From Lepidodermella squamata (Eukaryota; Animalia; Gastrotricha): a DNA stretch of 64,000 nt. The notes beneath the pieces were generated by a model that ran no database searches, was not told the DNA's origin, and was given only the letters and a program-made list of their open reading frames with translations. Each line of letters starts with the position of its first letter. Within the stretch, counting starts at the first letter, position 1. The stretch spans positions 569,105-633,104 of the forward strand of contig JBLDXI010000056.1 in NCBI GenBank assembly GCA_047495785.1, read 5' to 3'. Below are positions 63,650-64,000 of the stretch, in pieces. A program made the position numbers and the translations under genes.

Positions 63650-64000
63650 ATGAGTGAAACTGCGAAATCGCGATCACGCAATCGGCGAAAAAGGCAGCGC
63701 AGGAGTGAGCGCAGAGCTGCTCATCATCAGCAACAACAGCACAATCGCTTTGAAAAACAGGCCGATATTCGATCAATGTTCGCCAAATCGAAAAATAATC
63801 AGCAGTCTGAAACCGGTTTATCGGAAAATGAAGGCGATGAATCGTTTCTTCATGAGGAATTTGGACAGCAGGAACAAGCAGGCGCGCATCAAGCCGAGCA
63901 AATCGAGCCCATCGAAATCAGTGATACAACGCTCGACTCTTCGGTTTCTACGGCAAGTTATGGCTCTTGGAACTACATCAGGGCGGTGTCAAAGCGGTTT
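63650..64000 (+). CDS. Unknown protein, N-terminal 117 aa open to the window edge (host gene or transposon ORF)
   Basis: AAAATG then MSETAKSRSRNRRKRQRRSERRAAHHQQQQHNRFEKQADIRSMFAKSKNNQQSETGLSENEGDESFLHEEF...WNYIRAVSKRF with no stop. Absent from the ORF track, presumably because it has no stop in the window. Confidence 0.55.
   Translation, partial: MSETAKSRSRNRRKRQRRSERRAAHHQQQQHNRFEKQADIRSMFAKSKNNQQSETGLSENEGDESFLHEEFGQQEQAGAHQAEQIEPIEISDTTLDSSVSTASYGSWNYIRAVSKRF

Overview
Eukaryotic (probably invertebrate animal) genomic DNA in two parts. Bases 1-16 kb hold four tandem + strand genes: the 3' end of an Arf/Arl-like GTPase, single-exon EMC5/MMGT1, a 9-exon DNAJC13/RME-8 (2504 aa reconstructed from GT-AG junctions), and a 5-exon J-domain protein with a C2HC zinc finger (492 aa). 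At 16.5-18.2 kb a decayed RTE-type LINE is split by an 854-bp CACTA/CMC-like MITE that carries a tRNA-like internal sequence. From 18239 to 63448 lies a complete, bounded array of about 231 copies of a GC-rich 173-bp satellite with no net indels, a ~10-bp A/T periodicity and local higher-order duplications. A 5290-bp non-coding TIR element with a 2-bp TSD interrupts it in phase. The ~40 bp on each side of the array resemble the two termini of a minus-strand Helitron (A|TC 5' end; hairpin + CTGG|T 3' end), suggesting a ~45-kb non-autonomous rolling-circle element whose cargo is the satellite. An ORF absent from the supplied track starts at 63650 and runs off the window. The hundreds of short ORFs in the array are artefacts of the repeat.
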